A stretch of 64,000 bases of DNA. Origin: the human T2T-CHM13v2.0 reference genome, Homo sapiens. The notes beneath the pieces were generated by a model. The model was not told where the DNA came from. It worked only from the letters and a program-made list of their open reading frames with translations, and ran no database searches. Shown in pieces: positions 24,969 to 40,447 of this stretch (within the stretch, counting starts at the first letter, position 1; the number at the start of each line of letters is the position of its first letter). The position numbers and the translations under genes were made by a program. The stretch is taken from assembly GCF_009914755.1 (NCBI RefSeq), contig NC_060934.1; one strand, 5' to 3'.

Positions 24969-27511
24969 TTTGTCACCTTCGGGTACTCTGGAACTGTGGT
25001 GAACCCTGGCGCTTTCGAGTAAGCACTCAAAAACTACTTATGAATGAATAGATTTAAAGGAAGGACAGCATAATTAATGCCTGGGAGCAAATCCCACCTG
25101 TGGATTATGCTCGGCTTCTTATCCCCCGAGGGCTCCTGGCAGTGGAGCCCACTGGGCTGGAGGATGGAGACAGGCATGAACTCTCAGGAGCAAACGTGGT
25201 AACAGAGCCTGTCAGGATGTGAGTCTGCTGTGGACCCAGCTATCTGTCACTGACATGAGAAAGGCCAAGCAAAGTCGTGCCCCTTTTTCCTAAGAGATTG
25301 GAATAGCTCGGAGGGACAGTGTGGGCTCTGTCGCCTCACTGAGCCATCCGCCATTGTTTGTTGATGGATTGCTGGGTTGTAACTCTGTTGCAGGTCCAGA
25401 CACCTGCATGCGGTTGATGCTTTCCCCACTGTCCCTCCCCTTAATCAGTTTCTTACTAGAAATTCCTATTAGAGCTTCATCAGGCAACCTTCCAAAAGGC
25501 AGAAAAGCTCAGGTATAAAAATCGACCCACCCTGGCTCCTTCGCATGTGCAAGTTTAGATTTCAGATTTACTCCTTCCAGGATCTTTTCCAAATTCTGAC
25601 CTGTGCTTTATCCACTCCTCTTTATTTCTTAGACATATCAGCCAAAGTTCTTATGGAAGAAGGAAAACACTAATTTCAATGAATTCTATTTAACTCTAAA
25701 AATAATTCAGACATGCAGAATATGGATGATCAAAAAATGCCCCATCCTCATTTCTTAGTAAATGGTGAGAATCAACTTCCCCAAAATGGTCCTCTATTAC
25801 AGACAGCACAAATCAGTTATTGATATTCACAAAGATGAACATACATGTTCTGGAAAGAACATACATATTCTGGAAAGAAACAATGTTCTTTTCTGGAAAG
25901 AAACAAAACCAGATGTTCTCTTCAGGGCTGACCCCTAAATGAAGTAACCTTAGAAGGAAAACAGCCTCAGTTCAGAGCCATGGGCAGTAGTTTCAGGTGA
26001 GCCTGGGGTAAATTTACCCATGCAATTTGATTCTAGCAGCCCAGAAGGATAAATATTTATTACCCTAGTTATAAACCCACCAGAAAAAAAAATCAAATCT
26101 AAAGTCACAATCCAACCATTGCAGTGGCTGTTTCAGCAGATCTTGTTTCTGAAATCTGAGCAATTGGACAGAAATTCTTGGAGAAATGTTCAGACCGAGA
26201 CAATCCCTCCTGCCTTTCCATCATCTGGTGCAAACCTGCGCCTGCACTCTGATCTTCTCAAAGCAGGAGAGCAAGTTGGGCAGCATCTCACAGATGTTTG
26301 TGTGTAAAAGTTTGGTTTGAGAAACCTGTATCTCTTCCTGTCGTGCACAAAGCAAACCCCACTGTAAAGAGAGGTTTGTCCCTAGGCTGACCTGGTCCAG
26401 CCCACCCTCCCCAGGCAAGGTGTCATTCTTTGTAGGAGAGAGTATTTGCCCAATGTCTGTGATGGGCTCTCAGACTGCAGAGAGGAGAGTGAAGTTTGAT
26501 TCTTCATTGCCTATTCCTCCAGCTTCCTGACATTTTTCCGGTTGTTGTTTCAGATGATGCTAACTCACTCCCTGGAATAAAGAACAGCCTGCAAGTTCAG
26601 CATTACCATGTCCTTATTTGCTAGTTCAAGTTCTCACTATGATATAAAGTGTGCAAAGACATAGACTCCCCTAGACACAGGAAGAATCCTCGCTGCTTTG
26701 CTTGAGCAGTGAAATGGGAGGCCACAATAGTATAGAGAATACTTTTCAACTCAAAGCCGAGTAAGTGAAGATCTAGCACGGTCTACGCTTTAATCACCAG
26801 GGGCAGCAGCAGAAACCAGCAGCTCCACGCTCAGGCCAGGTCTCCTCATAGTTTCATCCATGACATGGTTAAGAGGCAAGTGGATGTCAGCTTGGGGTTT
26901 TGTACACTCAATGTCAACGGGAAGCAGAAACAGGCATTGAAGTTCAGGCCCATTTTAAGGATCACTCAGTCTGCTTGTGTTCACCGTAAAGAGTAGCGGC
27001 AAATAAGTCCTCATTAAATTTCCCCAACTATATTAAAAGTATACTCTGATTTTGCATGTTGAAAATGTTTGTGCTTCTTTTAAAAATTCATTCAAATGAC
27101 ACTGAACAGAAAACTGTTAAAGAGGGACACCTGATATGTGGATTTCAAGGGACAGAAAGCCATGGGAAGCTGTGATCTTCTGGGATAGCCCAAATGACCG
27201 TGTTTGCAGCGACTGGAACCCCAGCGCTCATGGGCATAGCTAGATACACACGCAGTCTAGCTGCCGTCTCCTGCTCAGCTTCATCTCAGAGGGACCCCGT
27301 TCCAGCTCATCCCATTCTCCCACCTAAAGCCACGTCCCATGGTCCTGCCCAGCATCCTGGCACCCTGCTCCGGAAGCCCCTGCCTGGCCTCTCCTTAACT
27401 TCCCTGGCATCTGCCTTCTGGGATCCTGGAGCATTTTCCCTCTGCACCCCCTCCACACTGTTGGGTGTTGAGATTATTATTCCCTTCCCAGTTAAATTTG
27501 TTTCCAGTGAG

Positions 27512-27950
27512 TGTTTTGGTTTCCTGTGGCTGCCATAACAAACTCACCCAACCTGGGGGCGTCTAAAACAAACAACAGAAACTTCCTCCCTTACAGTTCT
27601 GGTGGCCGGGAGTCTCAGGTGAAGGCGTTGGCAGAGGTGGTTCCTTCTGGAGGCTCAGAGGGAAAGTAAGTTCATGCCTCTCTCCCAGCTTCTGGTGTGC
27701 ACAGCAGTCCTTGGTGTTGCTTGGCTTGCAGACACATCTCCCCAATCTCTGCCTTTGTCTTTGAATGTGTCTTTGTGTCTCTCCTCTTTTTGTAAGGACA
27801 CTAGTCATATTGGATTAGGGGCCCACCCTACTCCGTTATGACTTCATTTTAATTAATTACCTCTGCAAAGAATCTATTTCTAAATCAGGTCACATTCTAA
27901 GGTTCCTGGAAGGACACGAATTTAGGGGGGACACTGTTCAACCCAGTACA
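27512..27950 (-). mobile_element. MLT1C-like MaLR LTR
   Basis: tttcctgtggctgccataacaaac...ttggattaggggcccaccct...ggggacactgttcaacccagtaca. Confidence 0.9.
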
Positions 27951-29556
27951 CTAGGGATCTGACCTTGAATTTTAATATGCTACTCTCAGTGCACCTGCTC
28001 CAGTACCCTACGCTGAACAAACAATCCAGAATTAGGTGTTGGTGATTAATTTTACCTTATCCTGTCCTGTCCCAGTATGGACACTTGACCCAGCAGAGAA
28101 GACACATGGGTGTGGCCCATGGACAGACTTACACAGATACATCGTGACCTCTTAAGTTGCCAGAAATCATGGATGAAGGGCAACAAAGGATTGGAGACTC
28201 TGCAGAGAGAGTCTGTATCAACATATACCTCGAAAGAGTTAAACTTCTGAAGCAAAGGCTACGGAGTTAGTGAAGCCACAAATGCTGGGGAAACTGCACG
28301 GGCATTCAGCCCCACAAGATCCCTTCTGAGCACAGTGCAGGCAAATGCTGGCATGGAAAGGACCCCCAGATGAGCCAGGAAGTCTTCCACTCCATCATGA
28401 AGAATTGTTCTCTGGAGTGGGGGCCAGCAGGGACGTGTTTGAAACACTTACCATATGTGCCTGAGAAGGGTCTAATTTGTCCATCTTGAAATTTTGCCTT
28501 TCTTTTGAAAGGATAGTTAATTTAAAGTAATTTGTTTCACAGGTGAAGCCTTTTTCCAAGTGTTTAATATATCACCCTTGGTTGCCTGAACAATTAGAAA
28601 TTGTCACCAAAGAAAAATGTCGCAGTTCATGTAAATAACTGTTTACCTAAAGGAATGGGAACCCGCGAGAGTCAGCATACTTTAATGAGGCATGACAACA
28701 GAGAGAAAGCCCGGGCCGGCTGCATCTGAGAAAGCTGACATTGCTTATGGTAAAAATTGGCCAAAACAACTATTATTTGTTTTTTTCTTGTCAGAAATAA
28801 TGTAGCTTGAAAATTTTCAACAGGCAGCATGAGCCCAGACCATTTGTTACTTCTAATGGCCTAATTGTTCTCCTGGCAGATATAAAAAATTGGGGCACTT
28901 GTATCATTTACCTAAATATCTAATTAATGCAATGGCAAAAGAGAAATTGGAGCAGGAAAAAAAAGTTGAACAATGTGACTGTTAGCTGTTATGTAACCTG
29001 TCTTTGTTAACTTTCCCACTATTTTCCCCAGCAGCACGTACTTTTGATCACCAACTAGACGTCATACTGTTTGTTTCAACAGGAGGAGGGAAAGATATAT
29101 ATCATTTGCTCAGATCTTCAGGAAATGGGCCTTCTGCTTTCTTAGCAAGCAACAAAAAATCCCTTTGCAATGAAAGGTGAGTTACATGCAGTTGGCATTT
29201 CCTGAAGAATTTGTACTTCTAGCACCCCTGAGTAGCAGAGACATACATTCCACATCTGCGTAGCTCCTAGACCATGCTCAGGCATAGATTCTAATCCATA
29301 CATCTGCAATCGGATTTCTAATTTTAAGGCTTTGGCATACAATGAATCATCTAATGTTCGAAAATTCTTGGAATCATGCATAGCTGTAAAACAACCTCTT
29401 ACTACAGAAGTCTTAACATTCTGTCTGTTGGACCCTTGATGATGTTTCTCTTGCAGTTCAAAATAATTCCCCTGAAAACGGAGGTAAAAACGCATTCCAG
29501 AAATGAATTTATGGCTGACGTTAACGAAGCTATAATAATGCGAAACAGCAGTGCGC

Positions 29557-29810
29557 ACTGTGTTTCCCTTAGAATGACAATTCCATGAAATGCTTGGTGA
29601 AAAAAAAAATCTGAGGCATACTAGCTTTTCTTCTTAGAGCTCATTGAGACATGAAAGTTTCTGAGACGTTCTGCAGTAAAGAACCATCTTTCAAGGTATT
29701 TAGATGCTCATTTTTCAAATGTATTTGACTTCATGATCCTTATTTTTACATGAAAAAAAATCATATCCTGCAGAAAAGAAATCTGTGGAGCCTAATTCTG
29801 ATAATGAAGT
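29557..29810. mobile_element. MER103C-like hAT-Charlie relic
   Basis: tctgagacgttctgcagtaaagaacc...tttttcaaatgtatttgac. Confidence 0.6.
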
Positions 29811-30369
29811 ACTTACTGGTTTGTGAAGGAATCCATTCCAGTGATAACGCTAATAATTGGATTAAGAGAGATGAAGTGCACGGAACACCTAGTGAGAGGC
29901 TGGGGTGTAGTGTCTAATAGATGTTAGTTGGCTAGTGAAGAAAGAAGAGGGGAAAATTACTCTTCATACTAAAGTTTAAAACAATACCTTCTGAGGCTTT
30001 CCTCCATGACTTAGAGAATCAGAGACCAGAACTAACCACAGGTATCTGAGAATGACCGATGCCCCCTCCTTCAAATTGCCTCTGCTCCAAAGGACAAACT
30101 TCTGATTCCCATAACAGCAACTCACACAGAAATGTTTCCCTATCCTTCAAAAGCAGTCAATGTCCTCTGCATAGAGCCAGCTTCTGGGAGTCCTTTCCAA
30201 AACGTGGCATCCTGTGCCACCTCCATTATGGGGGGCTCATTCCATGCAGTTATTTTTACTCTCCAGTTCCAAATATTTAATTCTCTGAGAGCTGGCATAT
30301 TTTGAGTCCGGATCAATCAGATTCTCAAAATAGCTTTCATGGGAAGCACTGTGACATCACTTGTCTCCA

Positions 30370-31655
<1,286 letters not shown>

Positions 31656-31758
31656 CACTTTGAAGATTCTTGATTCATGTTGACACACTGCTCTCCAGAA
31701 AGGAAAATAATTTCCTCCTCTAGAGGGTAGTATAGGAATCTGCCACTATCATCACACC

Positions 31759-32257
31759 TGTATCCATTTCCTTGGGCTGCCATGACAAAGTACCGCAGAC
31801 TAGGGGCATAGAACAACACACGTACATTGTCTCAGAGTTCTGGAGGTTAGACACCCAAACTCCAGGTGTTGGCAGGACCAGCCTTCTCTGATGGGTCTAG
31901 AGGAAAATCCTTCCTTCCCTCGTCCTAGTTTCTGGTGTTTGCCAGCAATGCTTGGCCTGTAGACACAACACTCCACTGATGTGACCTATGTTGCCCTGTA
32001 GACGCAACACCCCCGTGATGTGACATCTCCCTGTATCTTCATAGCATCTTCCCGCCGTGCATGTCTGTCTCTGTGTTCAAATTTCCCTGTTGTACAGAGC
32101 ACCAGTCCTACTGGATTAGGGGCCACCCTGATCACCTCGTTTTAACTTGTTACCTCTAATAAAGACCTGATTTCCAAGTAAAGTCACATTCTGAGGCCCT
32201 GGGAGTTAGGACTCCAACATATGGTTTTGTAGAACAGACAGGACTCAACCCATAGCA
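31759..32257 (-). mobile_element. MLT1C-like MaLR LTR
   Basis: tgtatccatttccttgggctgccatgacaaagtacc...ggactcaacccatagca. Confidence 0.9.
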
Positions 32258-32914
32258 ATGCCCTGGCCAGCCCCTCTCCTTGCATTATCATATTTATAAA
32301 ATATTATCTACCTGCTCACTTCCAGTTGCTTTAATTTCCTTTGGCATAGTCATTGGTGAATTTGTACACTTGCTCATTTTCCTTCATCACTTGAACTTCT
32401 TTTGTGGATTTCCAGTTATGCCTTTAACACATTCAGTCCTGACAGAAATTCTTCCAAGCTTTTCATCCACCTCTTCTGCTCTGCCTGCCCACCAGGGACG
32501 TTTGGATCGCCCAGTTAACAGAAGGAATTACAAACGAAGCACTGCACTTCTTCCTCTGGTCACTGGTGGTGAACATGCTTCAGAAGCATGAAAGTGAGCA
32601 ACTTGCTTCTCAACAGGAAGACTGGACCTGTTGTCACATAGAATTGGCAAGAGCTAAAATTTATTTGCCTAACCCCCAGCAAAAATTCTAGAAAAGGATG
32701 TTTCTCATTGGTTAAGTGAAAAATAACCAAAAATCCTCCGTGTGACTCATTTCTACCTATTATAGCCTCAATTATTGCAAACTATCCTAGCAGTGCCTAT
32801 TTTTTAAAGCTCTTTTATTCATTTCCACTAAACATGCCAAGCACTGCTATTATTACGCGAAGTGTGAATTTTTTAAAAACCATCGAACTGTATTATATTA
32901 AAACAATAAAAGTG

Positions 32915-33360
32915 ATTATCTAGTCCAAACCCCTCCAATTTACCAATGAGGAAAATGAGATTTAGGGAGTTAAGCCTAAGATTACATGGACAATTAGAGG
33001 AAGAAAGCAAGGTCTAGAACACCAACTGCCCACTCCCAGCTAAGCTCTTCCCCAGCCTGGCTGTTGTCAGTCTTTGTAACTGTGGACCTTAGGAAATACC
33101 TCAAGGGAATGTGGTTATCATTTGAGATAATAGTGGTTACTCTGATATTTATGACTATGTGACAGGCACGGTATTTCGTTTCTTACTCACATCTCTCACC
33201 TGAGGCCCGTAACAACCCTCTGTTGCAGGCGCCATTCCACTTTATGAAATAAGCCCTGGAGTTTGGGAGATCACAGGCCTGCTGCCAGGGTCACAGAGCA
33301 TTGAGTTCAGGCCAGGACTTGGCTCGGGTTTCTAAGACGAGTGAGCTCTTTCCACTAAAT
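32915..33360 (-). mobile_element. Two MIR fragments
   Basis: atctagtccaaacccctccaatttaccaatgaggaaaatgag; tatgtgacaggcacgg...ccagggtcacagagc. Confidence 0.65.
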
Positions 33361-34789
33361 TCCACTGAATTTCCACTGAAATTTTGACTTCTTCCAAGAC
33401 ATTACAGTCACACCTGGCCTTTTCTGGCATCAAAAAGCTCCTTGGAAAGGCAGAGTTATTGAAATAGCTACTGCGAAGCAAAGTGTGCAGCTCTGAAATC
33501 TCAGTCCTGAAATAAGGCCTTCCATTGCTTCACTGCTACACACAAACCTTCTTTCCCCATCCCCATAAACTAAGAAACTTATATTTCTGGGACTGAAAAA
33601 TACAGTTAAATTCAAAGGGCCATTTATGATATTTTTATAAAGATGTTTTCTCTCTTGCATTAATGGGAACAGTTCCTATTTAATGTAAAACTAGGCCCTG
33701 GCAGCGGTGTCAATATTTCTAGCTTCATTATTATACGTGTGGTCTTATTGATTCTGTTCATAGTTTTACTGTTAAGAATTAAGTCATGAGCCTTGTTTCT
33801 TAATCTCTTTTTATCCTCAGTACTCAGCCTAATCATTCTTTACATTAAAGGATTAGTGCTCGGGGTGCAACTGGACAAATAATAATCCACCTTGGAAAAG
33901 ATACTTTTCCAAAAGGAGAACAAGGGTAATTTTTCCTTGTAAGCAGGCTTAGCAGAGAGGGCAATGGCCTTGAAGGTACTTAAAGAGTGCGAGAGTGTCC
34001 ATGCATAGCAATTCCTCCTCAGTAGATGGGGAAAAGCATTCCATTTTCCATAACAATAATCCTGGCTTCTCGTGGTCCAGCTTAGTAACTCCGTCATCGT
34101 GCAGCCCCGTGACACTGCTTCCCTTGGAAAGATTAAACACCCTAGCGTGTGGGTCCTACCCTTCAGCCATCCCAAAGTCTGATGGGAGGTAGGACACAGG
34201 AGACCACCAGGATTTCTGTGGCCACTTGATGACAACGAACCTGTGCTCTCCACATTGAGGTGGTGGAGAAGTTTCAGGATCTACCCCAGTGGCCCCTGGT
34301 GTATGTTTTCCCACTTGGGAGACTTGAGTGAACCCTGATTCACTCCACAGCTGAGTTGCTTTAGGGGAAAGAGCTACTACCCATTAGAGAAAAAGCCCTC
34401 TCTGTTGGAGGGAAATTACTTTAACCATTGAAGGGTAACGTCATTCATCCAGGTAAACCTTGGAGTCGAAACCCTAATACCTCATTACTGACAGATTCCA
34501 AGCCAGCCGGAGATCCGGCAGAGTAAATATTGATGTCCACAGCCCCAGGGAGATTATCCACCAGAATAAGCAGTGGGACCTCTGTTCCCGCTCTTTGCTC
34601 AAATACCATCATGCAGACATTGCCATCATCCACTGCCCCCCATTTGTAAAAGCACAGACTTAACATATGGAAGTGTGCTGGACTCTGCTGTATAGAGGAT
34701 AGGCACATTTCTGTGTCCTCAGGGATGGAATGGCTGGCTAGGAGCAGCATCACCCAAAGAAATCCCATAGCTTTAGGGCAAAGCAGATC

Positions 34790-35370
34790 TAGAGGTGACC
34801 TCTTACTCTGCCACTCCCAATCTTGGCAGCCTTGGGCAACTCACCTGACTGGTCTCAGGAGTTCCAGTATCCTCAGTGCCAAAATGGGGATAGAAATACC
34901 TATTCCTCAAAGGCTGGAAACAATAAATGAGGCAATAGATACAGATGTAAATATCTATTACAGTGACAGACACTCATTAAAGAGCCACCATGATTACTGT
35001 CAAAGCCAGACTCCATTATTGACAGAAAACCAAGAGGAAAGAAATGTGCAGCCCTGTACTGTCATTCACTATTATTTTAATTAATCAATTTCAGTATTGA
35101 GGCTTCGAACAGAGTCATTCAATAGAGAAACTTTATAAGAGGAAGCTGAAATGGCTTGTGATCTATTTTTAAATCTGCTGCTTCCTGGTTGAAGAGTTTG
35201 GTTAACTAGTTTATCGATGCTTTGTTTTATATTCCTCACCTATGAGATAGAGATGATTAGTCGTAACATAATTATAACATACAACTCAAAAAACACCAGG
35301 ATACACTGCCAGTCAGTGAAAAAAGCCATGGTACATAACGGGTACATAATAAATGTTTGTTGAAATAATG
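34790..35370 (+). mobile_element. Two MIR fragments
   Basis: ccttgggcaactcacctgact...aaaatggggatagaaatacct; ggtacataataaatgtttgttg. Confidence 0.6.
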
Positions 35371-35489
35371 AAAGTTAAATGAAAGCAGAGAAATATCTGT
35401 TTTCAATGTGTTACCAAAAATATATCTGAACCTGAGAGTTAAGTAGCTCCAGTAATAACATTTTTAACATACTTTTTATTCTTTCAATA

Positions 35490-36940
35490 GTCAAACAAGT
35501 ATCAAGTACCCAATATGTGCCTACATATTGAGAACATGAGAACATTGAGGAAATACAGCCTAGGACTTGGGATCTAGTGGGGAAGACAGACAATTTTTTT
35601 TAAGCACTACGTCTGTGCCATAACAGAGGAACAGATGAGGTGTTTGGAGAGCACAAGACAACGTAGACCGCTAAATAGGTCTGTTGAGATCAAAAGAGGC
35701 TTCCTGGAAGAGGCAAAACTTGAGTTGATACTTGAAGAAAGAAAGAAGTGGGAACTCTTAAACAAGAAGATGAGCATTCCAGACGGAATTTCATGGTGCA
35801 TGAGTGGGTGCCACATGCAAAAGTGCAGGCCTCTGTGAGCAATACCAATAGGATGCAGTGTGAAGACCATGTAGGGGGTCATAAGAGAGGGGCATAGGCC
35901 ATATCAGCAAAGGCCTCATAAGCCATAGGTTAAACTCTACCTTTGGATAATGAAAAGCATTGACTAAGTAGAAATCTAACATTACCCATAGGAGAACATG
36001 ACTAGAAGGGGTGAAATAGAGGCCTCAGTTAAGAGGCTAGTGTGTTAGTCTGCTCTCACACTGCTAATAAAGACATACCCAAGACTGAGTAATTTATGAA
36101 GAAAAAGAGGTTTCATGAACTTACAGTTCTGTGTGGCTGGGTAGGCCTCACAATCATGGCAGAAGGTGGAGGAGCAAAGGCACATCTTACATGGAGGCAT
36201 GCAAGAGATCATGTGCAGGGGAACTGCCCTTTATAAAACCATCAGATCTCATGAGACTTATTCACTATCATGAAAACAGCATGGGAAAAAACCCATCCCC
36301 ATGATTCAGTTACCTCCCACCGAGTCTCTCCTATGGCACTTGGGGATTATGGGAACTACAGTTCAAAATGAGATTTGGGTGGAGACACAGCCAAACCATA
36401 TGAGCTAGTCTGCAGTTTGGCCAAGAAACTATGTGGAGTGAGGAAGAGCCAGAAGCTTGAGATGACTTCCAGATTTCTGGCTCAGGTAACTGTATTAAGA
36501 GTGATGTAATTTGCCAAAAATAGAGGTCTCAAAGGAGGAGGGCCAGGTCTAGTAGAAGTGGAAAGGTAATTTATAAGTTAAGTTTTGGTCACAAAGACTT
36601 TTGTGTGCCTAAAGGATATACTGATAAAGAAATCCTCAATGCAGTCAGAAATACACATCTGAAGCTTATAGCATATTCAATGGTAGTCATAGGAGACCAG
36701 AAGTCATGAGAACATATAAGATTTCCCAGGGCAAATTTGGAGAGTGAAAGAAAAGAGTGCCAAGGAGGGATCCTGAGAAATGACAAATATTTAGAGTCAG
36801 CTATAGGAAGAAAAATATCCAAAGAAGACTGAAGAGTTGGTTGAATGAGAGAAGAATGGTTTGAAAGCACATGGAACATTCAGATATCTCAGTGATTAAA
36901 ATGGCAAAAGAGAAATGGGTTTCAAGAAGAGGAAAGTTAA
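35490..36940 (-). mobile_element. L2, split by the THE1 LTR
   Basis: gaggcttcctggaagaggcaaaacttgag; gatgacttccagatttctggct; ttaagttttggtcac. Confidence 0.75.
36041..36403 (-). mobile_element. THE1B/C solo LTR
   Basis: ctgctaataaagacatacccaagactg...gagatttgggtggagacacagccaaaccata; perfect TSD GCTAG. Confidence 0.95.
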
Positions 36941-36959
36941 TTGAAAACAATAGAGGAAT

Positions 36960-38870
36960 ATTTTTAGAGTGAGGAAGTTCTAAGTATACTAATAATAAAA
37001 TAGAAAATTTTAAGAAGACACATTTTAAAAATGTTAAATGGTAGATTTATACCTGAATATATAAGTAACTACACAAAATGTCAGTGGATGAAGTCTTCTA
37101 ATTAAATGAAATGGAAAAAGCTGTTAGACTACGTGAAAATCAGAAGAACCCAATCTCATGCTACTTGGAGAAACATATCCTAAATGTTAGAACACAGAAA
37201 GCTTACAGCAAAAGCGTGGGAAAGCACATATTATACACACTCTAATTAAAAGAAAACTGTTGTGTATATGTTGAAGTAAGAAAAATTGGATTTCAAAATG
37301 GGATTATTGCCAAAGATAAAAAGGAATGTATCATAATTTTAAAGAGTCCATTCATCTGCAAAAAATAGCAATCATAAATGTGCATGTACCTAATAATATA
37401 GCTTCAAAATCTATGAAACAAAAAGTAACAGAACTAAAAGGGAAAATAGTGAAATCTACAATCACAGTTGGAGATTTAGCACACCTTCTAAGTAATTAAA
37501 GTGAGAAAAAACAGTAATAATGTAGATTTTAACAGCACGACTAACAAACTTGACCTAATTGGCAAAGACAGAACACTATGCTCAATTATGTTAGAATAAG
37601 CATTCTTTTCAAGTGCACATGTAGCACATACCAAAATATGCCTAATGCCAGTAGTTGAGCAAATCTCAATAGATTTTAAATGATTAAAAAAATTCAGAGC
37701 ATGATCTCTGTCCGTAGTGTACATAAGTTAGAAAATAATAATAAAAAGATAACTAAAAATTCTGCAATTGCTTGAAATAAGGCCGTTTACCAAAAAATAA
37801 CCACCTATGTAAATATAAAAGTGAAATTATATTGAACTAAAAATAACAAACAAAATTATATGAGATGTAGCTAAAGCAATGCTTAGAGGAAAATTTGTCA
37901 CTTTAAATATATACATTAAAAGAAAGAAGAAAGACTGCAAATTGAACACTAAACATCCCTCTGAAGAAATAAAAATAAAAAACAGAAAATTATGCCAAGC
38001 ACTGTGGCTTATACCTGTGATCCCAGCACTTTGGGAGGCCAAGGTGGGAGGATTGCTTAAGCCCAGGCATCCAAGACCAGCCTAGGCAACATAGGGAGAC
38101 CCTGTCTCCACACAAAATTTTTTAAAAATATTAGCTGGTCCTGGTGACACACACCTGTGGTCCAAGCATCTGGGAGGCTGAGGTGGATGGATCGCTCAAG
38201 CCCAGGAGGTTGAAGCTTCAGTGAGCTATGATCACACCACTGCACTCCAACCTGGGCATCAAAGAAAGACATCTTCTAAAAACAAAAACAAAAACAAAAC
38301 AAAAAAAACCCACAGCTAATTAAGTCCAAGGAAAGCAGAAGAAAGGAAATAATAAAGATGAGAGCAGTAATCAGTGCAATGTAAAGGAAACATATAGTAA
38401 GTAAAAATTATTTGGCATCTTTGAGGAAAAAAACGTACAATATCTCTAAGACCTTAGAAGATCAACAAATTTTAAAAATTAAAATTATGCAGTATCAGGA
38501 ATACAGAAGGGGTCATCACCACAAGTTCTACAGACATTAAAAGGTAATAAGATGGTACTATGAATACCTTTCTGCCAGTGAATTTGAAAATACAGACTGG
38601 ACAAATTACTTTCAAAATATAACCTACCAAACTGACACCAGAAGAGACATAAAATCGGAATAGTCCTGTGTCAATAACCAAAACTGAATTCTCCATTAAA
38701 AACTTCCCACACAAAAAAATACAAGACCCAGATGACTTTACTGTTGAATTCTTTCAAACATTTAGGAAGAAAATAATATCAATTTTACACAAGCTCCCTC
38801 AAAGAGTAGAAAGAGAGCAAATACTTCCCAATTTGTTTGTGAGACTAGCAAATGCCAATTACAGCGTATA
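36960..38870 (+). mobile_element. Old L1M ORF2 (endonuclease to early RT), split by an AluJ
   Basis: Frames LRGKFVTLNIYIKR and IKNFPHKKIQDPDDFTVEFFQTFR...ILPNLF are L1 ORF2 motifs. Confidence 0.9.
37992..38308 (+). mobile_element. AluJ
   Basis: gggaggattgcttaagcccagg...gcaacatagggagaccc; (CAAAA)n tail. Confidence 0.93.
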
Positions 38871-40414
38871 AGAAAAAATATACATATTCTCTCTCTCCCT
38901 CTCTCTACATATATTTGTATATACACATACATATATATAGTGCACATACAATATAATGTATATTACAACATACTATACAGAAAATGCAAAGTAAATGTAT
39001 GTACATATGTATAAGTATATGTTCATGTATTATATATAATGTGTGTCTTCTTATAACTTGTGTGTGCCCACATGCAGAGAGTTCTGAAAGAAAGGAATAT
39101 ATAATAAAGATAACTACCGTTATTTTAGGTAGTTGGAATTATCTTGTTCTTTTTTCATTGTTTCAGAATTTTCATTTTTTTAAATAAGTATGTGCAACAT
39201 TTATGTTGAAAATGTTATAGCTCTTTTATTTTGAAAAAATAAAGTGAATGTTAAGGCATGTTACATTTTTTAATGGTGTTATTCAATATAATTCACACTC
39301 CTTTTAATTTCCTTACCACTTAAAGTTTACAATTCAATGACTTTTAGTGTATTCACATAACAGAGATCAGAGAAAATACTTCAAAAATGTCCCTTAGAAT
39401 GTTAGTTTTAGTTAGATATAAGTAAACTTTAAAGTATAAGTTAAATCCAATAAATTATAGTGGGTTGTGGGATAAAAAGCCAAGTGAAGAAGTAAAGACT
39501 GAATAAAAACATGCATTTTCAAAAAGCTTGATTGTGAAGGAGGGGAAGAAAGATACTATCCAATGGGAAGCCCCACCATTGAGGGAGGGTATTTTCATAG
39601 GAGGTATTTGAACATACATATCCTCTCAAAGCAAAGAGAGGCAATAAAAGCAACAACAAAGAAGAATGGTTTTATGGATTAAGACTTTCTGGAACAGATG
39701 GGGGAAACACAGTGAGACACACCATTGCCAGTCTTTATTGGACTTTGTTCTCCTCTCTGTTCTCAGAGTCCTTGTTGTCCTGGCTTCCTTAGGGACCTAC
39801 TTCACCCTGTCCTGCAGTCATTCCAGGTGCTTGCCAGGAGCCTGTGGCATCACCCTCTAGCTTGCACCTGCCATCAACACAATGGGGAAGCAAAGTGGGA
39901 GGGAAAACAAATTATTTCTCCCAGCCCCTACTTCTGGGTCTCCACTTCATCCCATCCTTGGAGACTTCTTGGAAACTCTCCCTGCAAAAGACTGTGGCAA
40001 ACTCCTTGGGTACCGTGCCTAGCAGCATGGAGCAAGAAGGCCAGGAGGGCTGCCTTCAGGCTCCTCCTGCTTGGTTCTTAACCACCTAGTTTTTCTGGTT
40101 ATCTTCAGTTACCAGAGATGTGCATCTCTGCCTGACATGTCTGACTTCCTTCTGCAGTGTTCAAGATTATTCCATACTCATGAATATTCATCCAAAGAAA
40201 AGAAAGAAGAAAATAATTGATTCAAAGGGTAAGATCTACTATTAAAAAAAGGAGGGAAGTGGGTAGAAACATGAGACAAAATAAGATTTGAGTCTCGGAG
40301 TTTTAGGTGTGAGAAAGAGTAAATTTTTGTATATAAAAGAAAGTTCTTATACATAAATATATTTTATATACACACATATTATCCTATTAATAAAAGTGAA
40401 TCACTGAAGCAGAA

Positions 40415-40447
40415 CCCAGCCCCAGCCCCAGCCCCAGCCCCAGCCCC
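40415..40447. repeat. (CCCCAG)n hexamer repeat
   Basis: About five tandem copies visible. Confidence 0.95.

Noticed and set aside
27468-27510. Possible inverted copy of the MLT1C terminus
   Set aside because: Similarity is too short and weak to distinguish from chance
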